This document shows, in pieces, positions 56,452 to 64,000 of a stretch of 64,000 nucleotides of DNA. The translations under genes were made by a program, and so were the position numbers. The stretch's first letter is position 1. Each line of letters starts with the position of its first letter. The notes beneath the pieces were generated by a model. The model had not been told where the DNA came from. It did not search any database and was given only the letters and a program-made list of their open reading frames with translations. The stretch is from Lama guanicoe (taxonomy: Eukaryota), in the NCBI GenBank assembly GCA_013239625.1, contig MU054400.1:1099146-1163145 (forward strand). The letters run 5' to 3'.

Positions 56452-59400
56452 TCAGGTATTACGTGTAAAGAGAGAATAATAGATCAAATTCTTCTTAAAT
56501 AAACCATATGCATGCAATCCTCCAAAAGGGTAGTTTCTTGTTCAGCAGGAAAAATCAAGCTAGCCTGGGAAACATCATCCTATGCTAGCTGTGCCTAGTT
56601 AAGTGCCAACTCCCGCCACCCACTGCCACCAATTTAAAGGCTGTGATCCTAGGATTAGCCCTGATAGTGTTGAACAGACAAACCCAGGGGCCTTCCCACA
56701 GGTCCCAGAGTCCGACTTATGTGGTGCTAGTTCTGGCTTGCCAGCTCGCTTCTCTTCTCACAACTCTTCCCAAGCATAGATGCACTTAGAGAAAATGTCT
56801 GTACTACTCCCCTGCCTCCCCACGCACACATGCACACCTGTAAGTACAGATTCAAATACAAGTTGTCTGAATGGGGCAGGAGAAATTCTAGCGTCAGAGC
56901 TGGGAAGGAACTGAAAAATCACCCAAGTCTACCTCTTCATTTAAAAAAAGCGGGGACTGTGGCAAAGGTAAGAGCATGCCACTTGCTCCTGGGCACAGCC
57001 CAGGAAGTGCTCATGAACATCACCAGGGCCAGCAGAAACCCGAATAAGTAGATCTCTAGGGGCAACATGCCCATTAGAAAGAGCAGGGGTGGGGGGACAA
57101 GATCAGGGAGGAGTGATCTTCTATTTCTGAGTCATGCATCTAGGCTAACCCGCAAAAATGAGAAGAAAGAGGGGGAAGAGAATGGAAGGAATCCCTTGGA
57201 AGTGCCAGTGCTGGGAGCTCACAAAGAACAGGTAACTAGCCTTGAGAGTTTGCTGTGGCTGTTCTTGGCAGCAGCCACAGATGCCCACAGCTAACACCTC
57301 CCTATCCAAGAAGCTGCAGGATTATAAGAAGGTGTAAGATAATTTCTTCTTTTATTACAAATCAGTCCAGTATCCCCAAACTTTAGCACTGGGAAGATTC
57401 TCTAGAAGAGACGAACCAGTAAGCAAACCCAGTCCCTGAGTTGCACCTGCCCCTCACATACTCACATCCAGTGTGGCCACCAATTTCTGTGAGCCCTTGG
57501 GTCCCGTTAGCCCCACTGAATCAGAATGGAAAGTAGACTTTACCAAACTCTAAGGGAGAACCAAGGGAAATAACCAGGAAAGAAAGAAGGGGAACCTCCG
57601 TGCACTTCACAGAGCACAAGAGTCTGCTCCTATCCTATGAGGCTTGTTCCCAGACCCCTTTACACGATGTTGCCCAGGTGAGACAGATGGTCAAGCCCCA
57701 AAGGTCTGTATGACTTTACAGGTACTTATTCCTAGGCTTCCTAGTTAATTCCTGGACCATAGTATTAAATATGAGAATCACAGATTTCTTGCTAGAGGCT
57801 GTGGACCCTTGGCCAATTCACTTAACCTCAGCCTCAGAAGCCTGACCTATAAGGGGATAAGAGAACTTGCTTAACTTACCTCAGAGTTGTTGTGAAAACT
57901 AAACTGATTAAGACATAGTACATGCGCAAAATATATTGATTCCGGGCCTCCCTGGAGAAATGGTAGATCCCAGGGTTAGAGTAGGGAAGGCATGTGACAC
58001 CTTGTAGTGCCAAAAGGTAAGGAGATGCTCAAAAATGATGAGAGCATGTCACAAGCACACAGAAACCAATGTGAAATAACTCCCAACAGCCAAAGGTAGG
58101 ATAACTTGAGCAAGAAAATGATAGAAATGGATTCTAATCTAGCAAATAAAAGAAATATCCACTTACTGTTACAGATAAATAATCAAATAAAGAGAAAAAA
58201 CAGCTCTTACAGTAGAAGTCCAACTAATTTAGAAAAAATGATGGAAATAGAAAAATCTCATCAGGTAAACACTACAGTAATAATTGTTACAGGTAAGACT
58301 CATCAATGGATGCTAAAATTAGGCAGCAAAATGTGATGTAAACAGGATATTTGCATAGTTTCAAAGTATCTCTCCATAGATACTTCTTACAAAGGGAATA
58401 ATCATAACTTCACAGTGGAGAAACCTAGCACAAACCACCTTAACTCAGTGATGAAGTTTAACATCCCCAGTAATAAGACATACTGACTTCATGTACCACC
58501 TGGAACAATAAAGACACTGAGAAGGGTACAACTTCTGTGGCATTCTTGCTAAAAATTCATTATCTCAGTCTAATCATGAGAAAACAGCAGACAAACCCAA
58601 ATCTAGAGACATTCTGCAAAATAAGTGGCTAGCATTCTTCAAAGGTGTTAAGGTCATGACTGACAAAAACTGAGGAGACTACAGAGTGGTGACGACTAAA
58701 TGTAATATAGAATCCTGGACCTGAAAAAGAACAGTGGTGGGATTACTGACAAAATTCAAACAAGGTCTGTAGATTAGTGAATAGAATTAAACCAATGTTC
58801 ATATCCTGATTTAGATTATTTTACTATAGTTATGCAAGATGTTAACACTAGCGAAGCTGGGTCAAGGAATGCTACATGTTTATGTCTGCAACTTTTTTAA
58901 AATCTAAAATTATTCAAGAATTTAAAAAATAATAAAAAGATGCTGATTCTCTCTCAACTCTCCAAATTTATCCCTCATGAGGCCTGGAAATAATGGGTCT
59001 AGCTGGACACTTCAGTTCTGATGAAAAGGACTTAAATAATGTGGAGGGGCACAAGGCAGCACTATGCAGCTATAAAAAGGAATGACGAACATCTCTGAAC
59101 ACAGCCATGGAGTGAGCTCCAGGATACTGTTAAATGAAAAACAGGGAAGTGTAGAATAATGTTTGCAGTATGCTACCTTCTGTTTTTCTCTGAGAAATGT
59201 GTGAATACAAACACATATATTGGGAGAAAATGGTTATCTATGGGGAGGGAGGTAACACGGTTGAGGGGACAGGGATGGACACTACTTCTCTCAACATGGC
59301 TCATCTTACAATTTTTACTTTAACTGAATATGAAATTGGTAAGCTTAAACACACAGAGAAGAACTATTTCAAGTGACTTTGCAGCACAATATTATGGCTG

Positions 59401-59689
59401 TACATTCCTAGTGGGAAACAATCTAAGGGTAAAAAGGAAACTGCAAAGAAATCTTAATCTGAATTCAGTAATCATATTATGAGTAATATTAACATTATTT
59501 TGATATACATACATATTGAAGTAGAGCAAATAAATTATATTAGTGTTGTTAGGAATGAAGAATTTTAGCATGAGAGAAAAAGGAGGAAAATATAAATTCA
59601 AAAAGGTTAAGCAAGACCCCTGGAGTCTTCATTTTGCATTAACTTATTAATATGAATTCCTGATATTTTTTCCCTTAAAAAAAAAACTA

Positions 59690-59825
59690 GGAGGGAGGGT
59701 ATATAGCTTAGTGGTAGAGCACATGCTTAGCATGCACGAGGTCCTAGGCTCAATCCCCAGTACCTCCTCTAAAAAAATAAATAAATAAACCTAATCACCT
59801 ACACCCTCCCACCCAAAAAAGCCCC
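59690..59825 (+). mobile_element. Vic-1-like SINE
   Basis: Near tRNA-Ala(AGC) sequence GCTTAGCATGCACGAGGTCCT; TSD AAAAAACTA. Confidence 0.85.
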
Positions 59826-60619
59826 AAAAAACTATTGCCAAGTTCTGTCCACCAAATCAGCCTAGAAGCAAGGACTGTCACAGTGGTAGTAAACACCACT
59901 AGCACTTCTAATTGGTCTCTAAACACCATTTCCCTCCAAAACCAAGGCTTGTTGACGAAATGGCTAATGCAAGGTCTGGGGAAGGAAATGTACAAGATGA
60001 GCCTAGAACATCCTGTCATATTAGAAAGCCAGGGACTAGTAGGGTTGGGTCAAAAAGACTTAGGAACATACTTGAAAGGCTCCCACGGGCCAAAACTGTA
60101 CAATATAAGCAGCAAAAAGAACAATGATAACACTGAGTTCATAATAACACAAAAACAAACAAACAAGGAAACAACAAACTCATGATCATATTTAGGTTAC
60201 CAGGACATCAACTCATCTTGAAAACCGGTGACTAAAGGCAAAGAATCAAGGATTTATCGTGCCTTCATTCTATCAATTATATTTCAAGATAATCAGATAG
60301 TTGAGGGAAAGTTCTCTCCAGCTAATAAATACAGAAAGAGTATTAGAATTAGAATACCACCATTTTGGGATTGCTAATGAAGCAATGGCTGTCGGTAATG
60401 CTCATTGACGGCTGCTAAAACCGTAAGGCAAAAAAGGCTGATGGGAAACATTATAATGGAGGAATTAGACTGACAACATTTGAATCTTTCTTAATGCTCA
60501 AAATCACAAAAAGAGACATTCTCCATGTCCTGATGTGTTCCTATAGGAAGTCTAAGAACTTCTCATGAATTATTCTTGCCAAAAAAACCAGAACCTAAAT
60601 CTGATCAAGCCTTTAGATT

Positions 60620-61000
60620 GGTATTTTCCCAATTGAAATATATGAGCCACAAATACAAAGCATATATGTAATTTAAAGTTATTATAATAGCCACATTAAA
60701 AAGAAATAAAACCAGATGATCAGAGGAAGAGAAAGCAGGGAGAAAAGGGAAGAGTTGTCTAGAATTGCCGAGAAATTATATATTATATATACTACATATA
60801 TATAAAATTATATATTTCAGTTAATCTGACACATTCAAAGACATTTCATCATGTAATCAACATGAAAAAATATTAATGAGATATTTTACATGCTTCAGTG
60901 TGTATTTTACACTTAAGAGTATATCTCAATTCAGATTAGCCACATTTCAAGTGCTCAACACCCACATGTGGCGGAATGGCCACCATAATGGACAGCACAA
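60620..61000. mobile_element. MER33 (hAT-Charlie) interrupted by a templated insertion
   Basis: tagccacattaaaaag, gtgtgtattttacactt and tagccacatttcaagtgctcaa...tggacagcac motifs. Confidence 0.8.
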
Positions 61001-61393
61001 ATATAGATCTTAACCACTTTACAGAAAATAGAGGATAGGGTACCATGTTAAACATTGACATGGGGATGCAATCAGCTTTATCCAGAATGTGAGAAATTTT
61101 ATAGGTCAAGTGACCCAGTCTTCTTCAACAAATAACACTGTTACTGGAAAAAAAAAAAAAAAAAGAGAGAGAGAGAGAGGGACAGAGGAAGAACTGATAT
61201 GGAAAAAAACAGACATATCAACCAAAAGCAATCCGAGGATCTTATTTATATCTTGATTTGAATAAATCAAATGTAAAAAGACATTTATGGGACAACTGGC
61301 AAAATTGTAATACTTACTAGATAACAGGTAACATTAAGTAATTATTTCTTTAGGTATAACAATGACATTATGTTATATTAAAAAGTGAGTCCT

Positions 61394-61705
61394 CGCCCGC
61401 GTGGCGTGCCCGTGCGGCGCGGCGCGGTGCGCCCCCGCCGCACGTCGGGACCAGGGTCCGGTGCGGAGAGCCCTTCGTCCTGGGACATGGGGCGCGGCCG
61501 GAAAGGCGGCCGCCCCCTCACGCGTCACGCACCGCACGTTGGTGGGGAACCTGGTGCTAAACCATTCATAGACGACCTGCTTCTGGGTCGGGGTTTCGTA
61601 CGTAGCAGAGCAGCTCCCTCGCTGCGATCTATTAAAAGTCAGCCCTCGACACAAGGGTTTGTAGAAAAGAAATAAAATCAAAGAAATAAACAGAAAATAA
61701 AAAAA
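61394..61705 (+). pseudogene. Retroposed 28S rRNA 3'-end fragment (SINE28-like) with A-rich tail
   Basis: Ends ...GTCAGCCCTCGACACAAGGGTTTGT (mature 28S 3' end, 61662), then an A-rich tail. TSD AAAAAGTGAGTCCT at 61380-61393 and 61706-61719; TT|AAAAA nick site. Confidence 0.93.
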
Positions 61706-62188
61706 AAAAAGTGAGTCCTGATCTCTGAGATACTTGTTGGATATTTGTGGAAGAAACGACATGATGACAGGATTTGCTTTAAAATTATCTAACTAGGGGA
61801 AGGAAAGGGTTGGTTACATTTTTCACATGCTGAAGTTGGTGACAAGTATTTGGGAGATCTTTATACTATTTGTTCTACTATTATATGTTTGAAGAATTAA
61901 TTTTATAACTTGATGAGAAGGAGAAAGCTTACCTAAGTTAACCATTCAATCAACTACAGAAATACTTCTCTGTTCCCAATTGGCAGGGATGATCAGAGGA
62001 AGAGAAGGCAGGGAGAAAAGGGAAGAGTTGTCTAGAATTGTGGAGAATCTGACTGGGCAGCCTCCATCTCCAACCTTGGAATTCCATAGCCAGATAAGAG
62101 AATGCCCTTGCTCTGGCTGATTCCACTCCACCCTCGCCCACTTTGGCTGCATGTAAAGAGGGGCAAAATCTCTCAAAAATGATTTTTA

Positions 62189-62362
<174 letters not shown>

Positions 62363-63114
62363 TTATTTCACATCAGCCAGCATTTTGTGATGGCAGGAAG
62401 AAATTAACACTGGCCCATCTCAGGAAAGAAAAGACATTACTGTCAGCTTTCCAAAATTATTACAAGACTCTGATCTGTCAGTTACTGCTGGCACTGTTCA
62501 CTCAGATCCTTCCATTGGTTTTAATCATTTGTGAGAAAGTATGATTGAAATTAATTAAACATTCTTCCCATAAGACTAAATGACCACAATGCAAATCACT
62601 TAGGTAGCCACTTAGATAATTAAATAGAAACTTCTGTGGGCTGCTTTCCAGCCCCCAAAAAAGGACTCATTACTCAGAGGTGAGATAGGCTCATCCATCA
62701 CTGTGGCAGTTTGCTAAGATAGCACGAGAGAGGCAATGAATGTACCCAACTGTCTTATGGCTTCTTTCAAGAAGGATGGATTAATTCCACCTCCCCCCAC
62801 CTTATTTTTTTTTGGCCTGTAAGCTCTCTGAGATGCATTTCCTACTATTCCTCTGCTGATGCTGTGTTTCACGTTAGAAGCAATCAATGTCCCTTTTAAT
62901 AACTTAGGGTTGACCAACAATAGGTCATTACTTCATGGTTAATCAACTGATGGCACTTCAGTACAATGATTTATTTTAGAGCTAATAACTCTACTCTGCA
63001 TCCCTGAAATAAAGAACTCCATGGTGGCAGGATGTCCTGTTGTTGACAACACATATTTCAAAGTCACATTAGGGAAAGGCATACAATGCAAGTCCCTGCA
63101 TAATTCCAGCTCAC

Positions 63115-63236
63115 CTGCCAAATGTTCTCTTGGCTGAATCTTTGATCTGAATTTGGATGACAGCATGGGAGCGGGAGGAGTCTGCGTTAACTCCAGTGGC
63201 CCCGGTACTGCGCTCCTTGCTGCCCTTCAGGATCAC
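63115..63236 (-). CDS. KIF24: KIF24 motor-domain exon with switch I (VILKGSKERSTGATGVNADSSRSHAVIQIQIKDSAKRTFG-R)
   Basis: tttcag|GTG...AG|gtgag, 122 nt; NxxSSRSH motif. Confidence 0.96.
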
Positions 63237-64000
63237 CTGAAAATAAAATCCATAGGTGACTCCCCAAGGAGTAAACAAAGCTCTCTGGCCCCTAAGAGTT
63301 GGCTGAGAGCAGTAGAGACCAGACATACAGCTTTGTCAGTACACTGCGGCTTTTTCCCTCTGTGTGGAAAGCTGCCTAAACACTAAATCATACAGAGTAA
63401 GTACCCAACAGCAATGAGAACAATGTGGAATACTAATCTTGGGGGAGAACATTCAATAGCTCAAGAGCTAATTTACTTCTTGATCTCATATACTCTTTTT
63501 AATATCTTTGATGGATTTAGCCTGACTAAAATCCCCAGGGCATAACTTGGCTCCAAAGTAAGGTCCCATAATACCCATCTATCGTAGTAACTGAAGCAAA
63601 GGACAGAAATGTGCATCACAGAATGAATAATCACATCCACCTGTTCCACCATGATGCAGTCATCAAGGAGACCAGGCCCAATGTGCAGGAACATGGAAGT
63701 GATGAGTTACCACAATTGCTGTGAGTCTGTGATTTCCCTTGAGACCACAGCCGCTCCAAATGGGAGTAAAGACTAATTTAGGACCCTCTGGCCACAAGGG
63801 AATGGGGGAGAAGAGATGAAGCCCCAGAATTGGTCTCAAGCCACTGAAAACACAGCCATGTATGAACATGCTGCCCTGATCTGGGAAGGACTGTTGATTA
63901 CTGAGAATCAAAAAGGTGAAGAACTTTAAATGTTTGACAGAATCCTCACAATAGCTTAACATGAGGTGAGTATGATAATTATGCCCAGTTTACAGCTGAG

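Larger units (their letters stand above)
57930..61900 (+). mobile_element. Patchwork of old L1MC/MD-type 3'UTR fragments hosting younger insertions
   Basis: acagtggagaaacct and cagacaaacccaaat motifs; the 28S empty site reconstructs an L1 3'UTR-like aaaaagtgagtcct...gagatac. Confidence 0.55.

Noticed and set aside
59690..59770. Apparent tRNA-Ala genes (here and at the other SINE copies)
   Set aside because: Each has a SINE tail, TSDs and stem or B-box mutations.
61373..61762. 96-aa and 129-aa Arg/Gly-rich ORFs and CpG-island-like composition
   Set aside because: Explained by the 28S rRNA-derived insert; not a gene, promoter or functional rRNA unit.

Overview
Mammalian genomic DNA, most likely from a camelid, judged from about 10 copies of a tRNA-Ala(AGC)-derived Vic-1-type SINE. 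The window holds two convergent genes. UBAP1 (+ strand) is an ESCRT-I subunit. All six coding exons are present and join into a 506-aa ORF; exon 1 and the promoter lie upstream of the window. The 3' half of KIF24 (- strand, kinesin-13) has seven exons here, from motor switch I/II to the stop codon. The rest is intronic and rich in L1, SINE, MIR/L2, LTR and DNA-transposon remnants. I cannot support a genuinely new multi-gene system. The most notable oddities are: (1) a TSD-flanked retrocopy of the exact 28S rRNA 3' end; (2) a TSD-flanked L1 with its 5'UTR joined directly to its 3' end plus about 180 nt of unexplained sequence; (3) apparent loss of both NEK2 phosphosites (human T621/S622) in KIF24; (4) a 53-bp locally templated insertion inside a MER33; (5) a scrambled L1 mosaic; (6) a possible UBAP1/KIF24 3'-end overlap with a strong CTCF motif nearby. 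Repeat family names and human comparisons come from recall, not from database searches.
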